Source of the DNA: Acaryochloridaceae cyanobacterium VAR_48_metabat_390
GTDB lineage: Bacteria > Cyanobacteriota > Cyanobacteriia > Thermosynechococcales > Thermosynechococcaceae
NCBI GenBank assembly: GCA_031422435.1
Contig: JANPLU010000033.1
Location: forward strand, 12,686 to 76,685
DNA length: 64,000 nucleotides
Reading direction: 5' to 3'
Shown here: piece by piece, positions 17,821-28,507 of the stretch
Layout: every line of letters starts with the position of its first letter
How positions within the stretch are numbered: position 1 is the first letter of the stretch
Made by a program: the position numbers and the translations under genes
Notes under the pieces: model-generated
What the model was told of the DNA's origin: nothing
Seen by the model: only the letters and a program-made list of their open reading frames with translations
The model's database searches: none

Positions 17821-20526
17821 ATGAAAATTCTCCAAACCCAGACGCTCCGAGGCCCCAACTACTGGAGCATCCGCCGCTCAAAGCTCATTCTGGTGCGACT
17901 GGATTTAGAGGAGCTAGCCCATAGCCCTTCAGATACCCTGCCTAGTTTCTATGACGGCCTTGTGGCGGCGCTACCTAGCCTCGAAGAACACTTTTGTTCT
18001 CCAGGCTGTCGGGGTGGATTTTTAAGCCGGGTCAAGGAAGGCACCATGATGGGGCACATCCTGGAGCATGTGGCGCTGGAGCTTCAGACCTTAGCCGATA
18101 TGCCCGTAGGGTTTGGTCGCACCCGCGAGACGGCAACGGATGGGGTCTACCAGGTTGTCATTGAGTATCAAAATGAGGAGGCAGGGCGCTACGCGGCAAG
18201 GGCGGCACTGCGACTTTGTCAGAGCATTGTAGAGACAGGCGCTTATCCCAAAGAAGAGCTGGAAAAAGATTTAGATGACCTGGCTCAGTTGCGGACTGAA
18301 GCGATCTTGGGCGCAAGCACTGAGGCGCTCGTGCGCGAAGCCGAAAATCGCGGCATTCCCTGGACGCATTTAGAAAGCTGTGACCTGTTTCAGTTTGGTT
18401 ACGGAAAGCATCAAAAGCGGGTTCAGGCTGCACTCACCTCCAAGAGCAATATTCTGGGGGTAGAGCTGGCCTGTAATAAAGAAAATACGAAAAATATTTT
18501 GACCCAGTTTGGGGTTCCCGTCCCCTTGGGCAAGGTGATCTACGCATTTAGTGAGCTAGAAGAAACGATTGAGCAGCTAGGAGGCTATCCCGTTGTCATT
18601 AAGCCCTTGGATGGCAATCATGGTCGCGGCATTACCATTGATATCCAGTCTTGGGAAAATGCGGAAGTGGCTTACGACCGTGCCCGTGATGTCTCTAAAG
18701 GCGTGATTGTAGAACACTTCTACCAAGGGCGAGATCACCGAATTTTAGTCGTCAATCATAAGGTTGTTGCCGTTGCGGAGCGGGTACCTGCCCATGTAAT
18801 CGGCAACGGAATCGCCACTATAAAAGAGCTAGTTGAGCAAGAAAACCAAGATGACCGTCGGGGCGAAGGTCACGACAATATGCTCACCCATATTGAGCTA
18901 GACGACGCTACGGACGAAATGATGCATCGTCAAGGGTTTACGCTAGACACCGTTTTGCCCCCAGGTCAAATCTGCTATTTACGGGCAACCGCCAATCTGA
19001 GTACGGGCGGGATCGCCATTGACCGCACGGACGAAATTCATCCAGAGACGGTTTGGGTTGCAGAACGCGTGTCTCGCATTATTGACCTGGACGTAGCAGG
19101 TATTGATGTCATTACAACCGACATTACCAAGACCCTCGCGGAAGCGGATGGCGTAATTGTGGAGGTGAATGCAGCACCCGGCTTACGGATGCATATTGCA
19201 CCCAGTGAAGGAGTGGGACGAAACGTCGCAGCACCCATCCTCAATATGCTGTTTCCTCCTGGAAAACCCAATCGGGTTCCGATTGTGGCAATCACGGGAA
19301 CCAATGGCAAAACTACTACCACTCGACTGATTGCCCACATCTTCAGTCAGGTGTATGAGTTTGTGGGCTTTACCACCACTGACGGTATCTACATCGGTCG
19401 TCACCTCGTCGAAAAGGGTGACACTACGGGGCCACAAAGCGCCCAGATCATTCTGCAAGACCCGACGGTAGACATTGCAATTTTAGAGACGGCACGGGGC
19501 GGCATTTTGCGATCGGGTCTTGCCTTTGCCCACTGCGATGTGGGGGTGGTCTTAAATGTGGCGGCGGATCACTTGGGCTTGGGCGATATCAACACGATTG
19601 ACCAAATGGCAAAGGTCAAGGCAGTAATTGCAGAGGCGGTTCACCCCGATGGCTATGCCGTGCTGAATGCCGATGACGAGCGGGTTGCCGCAATGGCAGA
19701 CTACGTGCCTGGAAAAATTGCCTATTTTTCGATGGATGCTGATAACCCGTTAGTGCGATCGCATGTTCAGCGCGGGGGCATTGCCGCAGTCCTCAAAGAG
19801 GGCTATCTGGCGATTTTGCAGCAGGACTGGGTTCACCGCATTGAAAAGGTCGAGCTGGTGCCCCTCACCCTGGGCGGACGCGCACCGTTTATGATTGCCA
19901 ATGCTCTGGCGGCAAGTCTGGCAGCGTTTGTGCAGGGTGTGAAAGTTGAGCAAATTCGCGCCGCCCTTCGCAGTTTCCGGGCTTCGGCGGAGCAGACGCC
20001 GGGACGCATGAATTTATTTAACTTGGGTCACTATCATGCGCTGGTAGACTACGCCCACAACCCAGCCGGATACGCAGCGGTGGGCAGCTTTGTTAAAAAC
20101 TGGTCTGGCCCTGCCATTGGCGTGGTTGGCGGCCCTGGCGATCGCCGTGATGAAGATTTGATTGAGTTAGGCACACTGTCGGCAGGCTTCTTTGAGCAGA
20201 TTGTGGTGAAAGAAGATGACGACAATCGGGGTCGCCCTCGCGGCAACGCAGCGGAGCTGATTGTGCAAGGGATTCATACTGCCGCCACGGAAGATAACGT
20301 GCCAGTCCCACACACAGTTCAATTATCAGAAACAGAGGCGATCGCCTGGGCTTTAGATAACGCGCCCAAAGATGGTTTGGTGGTGATCTTTCCTGAAAGC
20401 GTGAGTCGGGCGATCGAGATTATCATGGCGCGTAACCCCATTTTGGATGATGCAGAAGCCGCCTTTTTCGCAGAATTGAAGACTGAGAAATGGCCTGCGT
20501 TTACACCCCAGTGTTCGCTCCCTTAA
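17821..20526 (+). CDS. cphA: cyanophycin synthetase CphA1
   Basis: HFC..GGF..R..HILEH N domain; KPLDGNHGRG, EVNAAPG; GTNGKTTT, ETARGG, DHLG, PGRMN, DYAHNP, PGDRR all intact. Confidence 0.97.
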   Translation: MKILQTQTLRGPNYWSIRRSKLILVRLDLEELAHSPSDTLPSFYDGLVAALPSLEEHFCSPGCRGGFLSRVKEGTMMGHILEHVALELQTLADMPVGFGRTRETATDGVYQVVIEYQNEEAGRYAARAALRLCQSIVETGAYPKEELEKDLDDLAQLRTEAILGASTEALVREAENRGIPWTHLESCDLFQFGYGKHQKRVQAALTSKSNILGVELACNKENTKNILTQFGVPVPLGKVIYAFSELEETIEQLGGYPVVIKPLDGNHGRGITIDIQSWENAEVAYDRARDVSKGVIVEHFYQGRDHRILVVNHKVVAVAERVPAHVIGNGIATIKELVEQENQDDRRGEGHDNMLTHIELDDATDEMMHRQGFTLDTVLPPGQICYLRATANLSTGGIAIDRTDEIHPETVWVAERVSRIIDLDVAGIDVITTDITKTLAEADGVIVEVNAAPGLRMHIAPSEGVGRNVAAPILNMLFPPGKPNRVPIVAITGTNGKTTTTRLIAHIFSQVYEFVGFTTTDGIYIGRHLVEKGDTTGPQSAQIILQDPTVDIAILETARGGILRSGLAFAHCDVGVVLNVAADHLGLGDINTIDQMAKVKAVIAEAVHPDGYAVLNADDERVAAMADYVPGKIAYFSMDADNPLVRSHVQRGGIAAVLKEGYLAILQQDWVHRIEKVELVPLTLGGRAPFMIANALAASLAAFVQGVKVEQIRAALRSFRASAEQTPGRMNLFNLGHYHALVDYAHNPAGYAAVGSFVKNWSGPAIGVVGGPGDRRDEDLIELGTLSAGFFEQIVVKEDDDNRGRPRGNAAELIVQGIHTAATEDNVPVPHTVQLSETEAIAWALDNAPKDGLVVIFPESVSRAIEIIMARNPILDDAEAAFFAELKTEKWPAFTPQCSLP

Positions 20527-20619
20527 ATGCTGGTCAATAATAAGGGTATTGGCGTTTGATACTGCAATACCCTGGCCTATAAGCCGAGGATTAATACTCA
20601 GTCCTCAGGAGATTGTTTG

Positions 20620-23600
20620 ATGATTTTGAACCCATCCCGTTCCAGCGCCGGGTCTTCCTTTTCGACCACTTATGAAGATCAGACCCAAGTGATCGCCCAC
20701 CAGCTCCTAGCAGAAACGACCGAAAAGCGATCGCTCTTTGCGAAGGTGCGAGATCAGTTCCGTTGGGATGACAAGCTCCTCAGCTGGACAATGGATAACC
20801 CCGCGTTGCGGGTGCAGCTTTTTCGCCTGATCGACTGTTTACCCTCGCTGACCACCAAAGCCGAAATTGCCCGTCACCTCCAAGAATACTTAAGCGATGG
20901 AGCGGTGGAACTCCCCCAAGCACTTAAAGGGCTGCTCAACTTTACCGCTGCCGACTCCATGCCAGGGCAGGTCGCGGCAACCACCCTTTCGACCGCCGTA
21001 GAAACCCTAGCGCGTAAATACATCTCTGGCGAAACCCTAAAACAGGCGCTCAAGAGCATCGGGCAGCTTCGCAGGCAGTCTATGAGCTTCACTATGGATC
21101 TCTTAGGGGAAGCCGTGGTGACAGAAACAGAAGCCCAAGCCTATCTCGATCAGTATTTAGCGCTAATGGCGCAGCTTACAGAAGCATCTAGGCAGTGGTC
21201 AGCCGTGCCCCAAGTGGATAGCGCCGATGGGGTAGATGTTGCCAAAGTGCAGGTTTCCGTCAAGCTTACGGCGTTTTATTCTCAGTTCGATCCGCTGGAC
21301 GTTAAAGGTTCCCAGGCCAAGGTGAGTGATCGCATTCGCATCCTCCTGCGTAAAGCACGGGAAGTAGGCGCAGCGGTGCATTTTGACATGGAGCAGTATC
21401 GCTACAAAAATGCAACTCTAGAAACCCTGAAGCAGCTCTTGATGGAGGACGAATTTTGCGATCGCACCGACATCGGCATCACCCTGCAAGCCTACCTGCG
21501 AGATAGCCACCAAGATTTACAGGACTTAATCGCGTGGGCGAAACAGCGGGGCAAACCCATCACGGTAAGACTAATCAAAGGAGCCTATTGGGATCAAGAA
21601 ACCATCATCGCGCGTCAGAACCATTGGTCTACGTCTGTCTATAATCACAAGTCTTCAACCGACGCTAACTTTGAGCGCATGACGCAGCGGCTTCTAGAAA
21701 ACCATGAGGTGCTTCACGCCGCGATTGGTAGCCACAACGTCCGTTCTCAGGCGCACGCTATTGCGATCGCCACAGCCCTAAACATACCCAAGCGCCACAT
21801 CGAGTTTCAAGTCCTCTACGGCATGGCAGACAACCTCGCCGCCGCCCTCGCCAAACGGGGACATCGGGTGCGAGTTTACTGTCCCTATGGACCGCTGATC
21901 CCAGGCATGTCTTACCTGATTCGGCGACTGCTGGAAAATACCGCCAACAGCTCTTTTCTAAAGCAAAGCGTGGGGGATCATCCCACGGAGGGGTTATTAG
22001 CAGTTCCCGTTTGGGGAGAAGGCGATGAAGACGGGAGCAGCAACCCACCCATGCCCATTGCCTCCGCCGCCGTAACCGTGACTCGAATCAATCCCTCGGC
22101 AGATACCGATTGGGCGATTGCCCAGTATCGTTCCGATGCGGCAACTGCGTTAGCCTCGGTAAAGCAGCAGCTAGGGCAATCTTATCTACCGCTGGTTAAC
22201 GGCGAGCGGGTACAAGCCTTAAAAACCATTGAGTCCGTGAATCCCTCCAATCCGGCTGAGGTGGTGGGCACTATTGGACAGATGGATATCGGGCAGGCTG
22301 ACCAGGCGATCGCCGCAGCCAAAGCGGCCTTTGTAACCTGGAAGCAAACCCCTGTCGCAGAACGCGCCGCCATTTTGCGTCGCGCCGCAGATTTACTCGA
22401 AGCGCGCCGCCATGAGCTGAACGCCTGGATGGTGTTTGAGGCAGGTAAACCGCTCCAACAGGCCGATGTAGAAGTCTCAGAAGCCGCAGATTTCTGTCGG
22501 TACTACGCCACAGAAATGGAGCGCCTAGACGCAGAAATTGTCTATGACGTAGCAGGGGAAAGCGATCGCTACTTCTATCGTCCCAAGGGCATTGTGCTGG
22601 TCATTTCGCCCTGGAATTTCCCTCTGGCAATTCCCACGGGCATGACCGTTGCTGCCTTGGTGACGGGCAACTGTGCGCTGCTTAAGCCTGCCGCTACAAC
22701 CGCCGTCATTGCGGCAAAGCTGTGCGACATCTTAGTAGAGGCAGGTATCCCCAAAGGGGTGTTTCAGTACATTCCCTGCGGTGGCTCCACGGTGGGGACT
22801 CATCTAGTCAAACACTCCGACGTGCAGATGATTGTATTCACGGGTTCCCAGGAGGTCGGTTGCCAAATCTACGCCAATGCCGCCATTCTGCAACCAGGGC
22901 AAAAGCACCTGAAGCGCGTGGTGGCAGAAATGGGTGGCAAAAACGCCATCATCGTAGATGAAAGTGCGGATTTGGATCAGGCGGTGCAGGGAGTTGTGTA
23001 TTCTGCCTTTGGCTACAGCGGTCAGAAGTGTTCTGCCTGCTCTCGTGTAGTGGTGCTAGCGCCCATTTACGATGCCTTTGTAGCGCGGCTGGTAGAAGCA
23101 ACTCAATCCTTGAATGTCGGAGATGCCGCCGACCCAAGCACAAAGGTTGGCCCTGTAATTGACAGTGCGGCACAGCAGCGCATTCGTGAAACCATTGCCA
23201 AGGGCAAAACTGAAGCCAATCTCGCCCTAGAACTACCTTCCCCAGAACCAGGCTATTTTGTTGGCCCTGTGATTTTTACGGATGTAGATCCGCAGTCTAC
23301 TCTTGCCCAAGAAGAAATCTTTGGCCCCGTGTTGGCAGTGATGAAAGCTGAGAATTTTGAGGAAGGATTGGCGATCGCCAACAATACAAACTACGCACTC
23401 ACGGGCGGTCTATACTCTCGCACACCCTCCCACATTGAACAGGCCAAAGCAGAACTTGAGGTGGGCAATCTCTATATCAATCGCACTATTACGGGGGCGA
23501 TCGTGGCAAGACAGCCCTTTGGGGGGTATAAGCTATCGGGGGTGGGTTCCAAAGCGGGTGGACCAGATTATTTGCTGCAATTTCTAGACCCGCGCACGGT

Positions 23601-23652
23601 GACAGAAAACATTCAGCGACAGGGGTTTGCGCCCATTGAAGGGATGGAGTAA
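20620..23652 (+). CDS. putA: bifunctional proline dehydrogenase / P5C dehydrogenase
   Basis: DLLGE, DMEQY, RLIKGAYW, YLIRRLLEN; ISPWNFP, FTGS, EMGGKN, GQKCSAC, EEIFGP. Confidence 0.95.
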   Translation: MILNPSRSSAGSSFSTTYEDQTQVIAHQLLAETTEKRSLFAKVRDQFRWDDKLLSWTMDNPALRVQLFRLIDCLPSLTTKAEIARHLQEYLSDGAVELPQALKGLLNFTAADSMPGQVAATTLSTAVETLARKYISGETLKQALKSIGQLRRQSMSFTMDLLGEAVVTETEAQAYLDQYLALMAQLTEASRQWSAVPQVDSADGVDVAKVQVSVKLTAFYSQFDPLDVKGSQAKVSDRIRILLRKAREVGAAVHFDMEQYRYKNATLETLKQLLMEDEFCDRTDIGITLQAYLRDSHQDLQDLIAWAKQRGKPITVRLIKGAYWDQETIIARQNHWSTSVYNHKSSTDANFERMTQRLLENHEVLHAAIGSHNVRSQAHAIAIATALNIPKRHIEFQVLYGMADNLAAALAKRGHRVRVYCPYGPLIPGMSYLIRRLLENTANSSFLKQSVGDHPTEGLLAVPVWGEGDEDGSSNPPMPIASAAVTVTRINPSADTDWAIAQYRSDAATALASVKQQLGQSYLPLVNGERVQALKTIESVNPSNPAEVVGTIGQMDIGQADQAIAAAKAAFVTWKQTPVAERAAILRRAADLLEARRHELNAWMVFEAGKPLQQADVEVSEAADFCRYYATEMERLDAEIVYDVAGESDRYFYRPKGIVLVISPWNFPLAIPTGMTVAALVTGNCALLKPAATTAVIAAKLCDILVEAGIPKGVFQYIPCGGSTVGTHLVKHSDVQMIVFTGSQEVGCQIYANAAILQPGQKHLKRVVAEMGGKNAIIVDESADLDQAVQGVVYSAFGYSGQKCSACSRVVVLAPIYDAFVARLVEATQSLNVGDAADPSTKVGPVIDSAAQQRIRETIAKGKTEANLALELPSPEPGYFVGPVIFTDVDPQSTLAQEEIFGPVLAVMKAENFEEGLAIANNTNYALTGGLYSRTPSHIEQAKAELEVGNLYINRTITGAIVARQPFGGYKLSGVGSKAGGPDYLLQFLDPRTVTENIQRQGFAPIEGME

Positions 23653-23775
23653 AAGCCTACATGTTCAGATAAATGCCCCAACCTTCGCCTCAACATGCAG
23701 GTAAAGCGCGGAGCTTCCTGTCTAGACTCTCAACAGCATTTCACAATAGGTTTGGCGCATGACCTTATGGTTAAC

Positions 23776-26316
23776 TCAACGCCAGTCACCCACCAATACG
23801 TAAGGTGCCCAATAAAAGGGATGGCGATAGTCTGGATCTTTCAAAAGTTTCAGTTGGGTTTGCCGTAATGCCTCAGCCTTTGTGATTCCAGACTGTGATA
23901 GTGCAGCATAAAAGGTCTCCATAAACAGGCTGCTCGACTCATCATCAATAGACCACAGCGTGGCAACTGTGCTGCGGGTGCCTGCCTGCACCGCAACGCC
24001 TGCTAACCCCAAGGATGCACGCTTATCCCCGGCAGCAGTTTCACAGGCGCTTAGAACGAGAAGGTCAATGGCTCTCCGAAACGGCTGCTGTCGCTTTTCA
24101 ATGAGATCTTTAAGTTCGTAGAGGGTGATGGGCTTATCCCACGCCAAAATAAACGTCTGGTCTACGTTGGAACTAAATTGACCGTGGGTGGCAAAATGCA
24201 GCACCGTCGCCGTAGAACCTTCGACGGCATTGGCGATCGCTCGACTGGTGAACTGCTCATTGAGCAACACACTCCCTGGCAGCTTTTGCACAATGGCCTT
24301 AAGTTCGCCCGGCACAAAGGCCAGTGGTGGAAATCCACTCCGCTCCAGGGATAAACCCGCAACAAGACTTCGCGTGGGGGTTAAGGGTTTAGATTCTGGG
24401 GAAATGAGCTGAAGACTGGGGGCGATCGCCACTCCATAGCGCTCAACCAAAAACTGTTTGCCGTCATAGAGCGCTGCTAAAGGGACATTAATTAGCTCAC
24501 TATCAGGCACAAAAACGAGGGTTTTAATCTTTTGCTGCTGGAGTAGAGCTTCGGTCGGCTCGACCAGCCACTGGTATAGCGCTTGCCCCAACTCCTTAGC
24601 TTCTGGTGCGGTGTAGGGCTTTTCTAGGGCAGTGCGGAACTGCGCCACAGCAGCTTCAACCTGTTTGCTCAACACAGGACGAGCCATCATCTGAATCGAC
24701 CCATCCGGTAAGCTCAGCAGCGTGACAATGCGATCCTCTAGCACAATGGGATAGAGCAAAGCCGTTCCGGGCTGAATGAGCTGGGTGAGCGGACGGCGAC
24801 GATCTTCAAGACAGGAGGATCGAAGAAAATAGGACAGCTCAGCGACTCGCAGGGACTCAATGGCCTGCTGTGCGGTTTTAATGGTTTCTACGGTAGCGGT
24901 TTGACCATTGCGGGGCTGGAGCAATAAATCCACATACTCTCGGTAAACTGGCTCCACCTGATCTCGAAATCCATACTGCAGGTCACTTCCTACAGAAACC
25001 AGATCTCGGCGCAACCTCTGAAGCAGATCGACGGCCTCACGGTAGAAGGTAAGCGCTGGCTCTGTTTTACCCTGGGCTTTGAGAATGCGGCCTAGCTGCC
25101 ATTTCCAGCGATAGCAGCTTTCATCAGCATCGGCTTTCATGGCTAAATTCAGCGCTTCACGGGTAACGGCTTCGGCGTCAGCCCACTGTTGCGTGCTTTC
25201 GTAAAGCCGACCGAGATACCCAACGGCGAAAGACTCTAAGCGCAGGTTTTGGGTTTGACGTGCCTGCCCAATGGCCTGGTTTAACCCCTGGGCGATCGCC
25301 TGAGTAGAAGGTGCTTGCGTGGCAAAGCGAAGCGCAATCTGGCTCTCGGCGAGCTGAAGCCGCTGCCCTAGAGTTTGGTAGCTAGAAGGCTGCTGACTCA
25401 GGGACTGTGCGAGGGTGGAGGCTAAGGCTTGAGCATTTGACCACTGGCGTTGGGCGATTAAGATATGAAGGCGGTTGAGGTTTGCTTTGGTTTGGATTTC
25501 AGGGCGATCGCCATATTGCAGCACCTGCTGATAGGCATCTAGCGCTTCGGGGAGCTGCTGTTGAGCATAGGCTAAGTTGCCCTGCTGCATGAGCAGCGCC
25601 GCAGTCTGCTGATTGAGGTGATGGGTTTGGGCAACGGCCTGTGCTGCGGTTAAGGTTGCTTTGGCTCGGTCAAATTCACCGACTTGGGTAAACATTTGAC
25701 CCAAGTTCAGCGCCATTGCTAAACGAAGGCTTACATCGGTTTGTTGGGCAATGAGCGGTTCAGATTGGGTGAGCGTACTGCGCGCCCTTGAAAAGTAGCC
25801 GAGGGATTGTTCTGCCTGTGCCTGGTTAATCAGGCTACCTGCGGTGCCTGCAAGATCGTTGAGCTGACGATAGACTTTTTCTGCTTTCTGCCAGCTTTCT
25901 AGGGCAGCGGTTGCTTTACCCTGAGAGAGCTGAAGGCTACCCTGGGTATTGAGCAGCCGCGCCAATACGGTATTTTTATGGGCTTGAGAATCAGGCGTAA
26001 CAAGGGTTAGTCCTCGATTGAGTGCAGTTTGTGCGGCTTCATCTTGGCCTAGCTCTTGATAAGCCAGGGTGAGATAGTTGAGTGCCAATGCCTCTTGAAT
26101 GGGCGACTTGTTTTGCTGTGATTGTTTTGCCGCCTGTTTCCATTGCTGGGCGGCGGCAGCAAAGTTGCCGTTTTGGTAGAGCGACAAGCCTTCCTGAATT
26201 TGAGGATTGGTTTGGGCGGTTACCCTACCTGTCTCATGCCAATCGATCCACAGCAGCAGTCCTATTAAAAATGCGCTGAAGGCAATTTTCCATTGTCGTG
26301 ACCGATGTGGTGTCAT
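23776..26316 (-). CDS. exported TPR + CHAT (caspase-like) domain protein
   Basis: Signal/TM segment, TPRs, LHFATHG and LVLSACET dyad motifs, HPFYWAPY. Confidence 0.9.
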   Translation of the reverse strand: MTPHRSRQWKIAFSAFLIGLLLWIDWHETGRVTAQTNPQIQEGLSLYQNGNFAAAAQQWKQAAKQSQQNKSPIQEALALNYLTLAYQELGQDEAAQTALNRGLTLVTPDSQAHKNTVLARLLNTQGSLQLSQGKATAALESWQKAEKVYRQLNDLAGTAGSLINQAQAEQSLGYFSRARSTLTQSEPLIAQQTDVSLRLAMALNLGQMFTQVGEFDRAKATLTAAQAVAQTHHLNQQTAALLMQQGNLAYAQQQLPEALDAYQQVLQYGDRPEIQTKANLNRLHILIAQRQWSNAQALASTLAQSLSQQPSSYQTLGQRLQLAESQIALRFATQAPSTQAIAQGLNQAIGQARQTQNLRLESFAVGYLGRLYESTQQWADAEAVTREALNLAMKADADESCYRWKWQLGRILKAQGKTEPALTFYREAVDLLQRLRRDLVSVGSDLQYGFRDQVEPVYREYVDLLLQPRNGQTATVETIKTAQQAIESLRVAELSYFLRSSCLEDRRRPLTQLIQPGTALLYPIVLEDRIVTLLSLPDGSIQMMARPVLSKQVEAAVAQFRTALEKPYTAPEAKELGQALYQWLVEPTEALLQQQKIKTLVFVPDSELINVPLAALYDGKQFLVERYGVAIAPSLQLISPESKPLTPTRSLVAGLSLERSGFPPLAFVPGELKAIVQKLPGSVLLNEQFTSRAIANAVEGSTATVLHFATHGQFSSNVDQTFILAWDKPITLYELKDLIEKRQQPFRRAIDLLVLSACETAAGDKRASLGLAGVAVQAGTRSTVATLWSIDDESSSLFMETFYAALSQSGITKAEALRQTQLKLLKDPDYRHPFYWAPYVLVGDWR

Positions 26317-26322
26317 AGCGGC

Positions 26323-28419
26323 TTAATGACTCACTGCTGCCACTAAAGGACGTTCGGTAGCGGGAGACACTCTTGTAAACTGACAAGGCTTGGTTTGTGG
26401 AGGATTCGCTGTATTTGCCGCTGCAACGAGACGCACCGCACCACTTGGCTCAAAAACCCATCCCTGCGCCTCGATAATGGGCGCGGTGGAGGGTGACGAA
26501 CTTGAAGCGGATGAACCCAATAGAGCGGAATTGGGACTGCTTTTTGGTTGGCTGTTTAGCTGTAGCGGTAAACGTAAATCTTGCCAGACAGCGCTCCCTT
26601 GAGCTGGATCTGACGGGGTAGCAGGGAGTCCGCCTCGACCGGAGTAAATGAAGCTATCGCGATCGCCTCTACGGTCACCCAAACAGGCCGTTTCGATGAT
26701 TTTGGTACCCAGTACCGTAGGCAGTGCGGCAAGATCGACCACCGGATTTGTAGAAACAATGTTGGTGTCAACGGTACCGTTTAGCCCAAATTCTGAGCGT
26801 GCGGTGATGTCGCTAGAATTTGGAAAGTTGGCTGTGTTGGGCGCAATACCAAATAGCCCTTGAGTTGTAATGCTGATATTGCCTCCATTGCCAAACACCG
26901 CATCGGTGCTAATGTTGCTGTCTTCGCTGGGTACAGCGGCGATTAGACCAGCCAAGATGTTGATGTTGCCGCCATTGCCCGTCGTGGTGCTAGAGGTTGA
27001 AATATTGCTTTGGTTGCGTAATACCAAGGCATCTTGTACTGCTAAGTTAATATTTCCGCCCATGCCAGTAGTAGACTTTGCACTAATAGATGCCTGGTTA
27101 TCTAATAAAATAGACCGAGCAAAAATACTGATTTCACCAGCGCTGCCGTTCCTTCGGCTAGAGCTAAGAATTGAGGAATTGTCTAGAGATAAACTATCTG
27201 CATTAATTTGAATTCTTCCTGCGGAACCGGATGAAAATGATGACGTTGAAATAAAACTATTCTCTTTGAGAAAAATATTGTTAGATTGAATCGTAATGTT
27301 GCCTGCTTGACCAACATTATTTCCATCTCCAAACTGTGTGGATGCATCAATCTTGGATCTGGTTAAGCTTAATGTCTTCGCCTGAATCTTGATATCACCA
27401 TTTGCTGAGGAACTGTAGGTAACAGATACTATCTCAGTATCCTTTAAGGCCAATAGATCTGAAGCAAAGATAGAGATAGAGCCAACTGTACTTCCAATGT
27501 CTATTGGCCCACCAATTTGTACTCGATCTAGCTGAATTTGTCGTCCATACAAGAAAACATCTGATAATCCGCCACCCAACTGTAATCCATTCGTAATCTC
27601 AATGTCTCTGAAGTTTTTTACGCCAGAAAAATCTAGCGCTAAGCTTTGATTGGTTCCTAAGTTAAGTAATCCAACTGTTTCGCCTGCGGCAGCACTTCCA
27701 ATTTCTAATCGACCATTGAAAGCAAATAAGCCTGCAGGGATAGAAAACGGATCTGAGGGATCTGTTAAGACCCCTTTTAATTTTACGTCTCCCCCCACGA
27801 GTGCAAGGGTTTGCCCTTCTTCGACAAAAAGTCCAGAACCAGGCTGGTCAAATTCACCCACAATGGGGCCAGGATTTGCACCAAACTGTAGGCCAATAGG
27901 AACGCCAAGGGTCAGCAAAGTAGGGACTGGTTGAGCATTATTTGCACTAAATTGATAGCCAATCGAAAAATTAATGCTTTCAGCCGTACTTGCTACAAAA
28001 GAACCGCTTAAATTTAAACTTGCACCAGGGCCAAAAATAATACCGCTAGGATTGATTAAAAATAGATTGACAGGATGACCAAAACTATCACCCACCTGAA
28101 GCGTTCCGTTAATCAAAGAGGGGTTATTGCCCGTTATTCGAGCAATGATATTAAAAATATTGACATTGGCAGGGATTTGAAATGTCGCCGTCCATCCTTG
28201 CTCTACAGAGAAATTCAAAAAACTGTGGAGCAAGTTATGATCGATAGGTCGCCCTCCAGAAATGTTATAGATTTGTTGAGCAGTATCGATTTGAACCTGG
28301 CTTCCTGCGGTTTGATCTATTTGGATACCTGCAAAACAGGGTTTAATCGTTATAAAATTAGTCAGAAGCGTGCCCATTAACGCAGCACGGAAGAGATAGC
28401 GTTTCTCTAAAATCTTCAT
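26323..28419 (-). CDS. filamentous-haemagglutinin N-terminal (TPS) domain beta-helix exoprotein
   Basis: NLLHSFLNFSV, NLFLINPSGIIFG, GSFVASTA, GNGGNI repeats, C-terminal GRGGLP / WQDLR / EAQGW. Confidence 0.9.
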   Translation of the reverse strand: MKILEKRYLFRAALMGTLLTNFITIKPCFAGIQIDQTAGSQVQIDTAQQIYNISGGRPIDHNLLHSFLNFSVEQGWTATFQIPANVNIFNIIARITGNNPSLINGTLQVGDSFGHPVNLFLINPSGIIFGPGASLNLSGSFVASTAESINFSIGYQFSANNAQPVPTLLTLGVPIGLQFGANPGPIVGEFDQPGSGLFVEEGQTLALVGGDVKLKGVLTDPSDPFSIPAGLFAFNGRLEIGSAAAGETVGLLNLGTNQSLALDFSGVKNFRDIEITNGLQLGGGLSDVFLYGRQIQLDRVQIGGPIDIGSTVGSISIFASDLLALKDTEIVSVTYSSSANGDIKIQAKTLSLTRSKIDASTQFGDGNNVGQAGNITIQSNNIFLKENSFISTSSFSSGSAGRIQINADSLSLDNSSILSSSRRNGSAGEISIFARSILLDNQASISAKSTTGMGGNINLAVQDALVLRNQSNISTSSTTTGNGGNINILAGLIAAVPSEDSNISTDAVFGNGGNISITTQGLFGIAPNTANFPNSSDITARSEFGLNGTVDTNIVSTNPVVDLAALPTVLGTKIIETACLGDRRGDRDSFIYSGRGGLPATPSDPAQGSAVWQDLRLPLQLNSQPKSSPNSALLGSSASSSSPSTAPIIEAQGWVFEPSGAVRLVAAANTANPPQTKPCQFTRVSPATERPLVAAVSH

Positions 28420-28507
28420 AATTTATCAAGATAGTCCTTGTAAATATTCTAGCGTTTATTTTTAGCCTAAAAGGTTTTGAATAATAGGCTTTTTAAGCCT
28501 GCCTATA

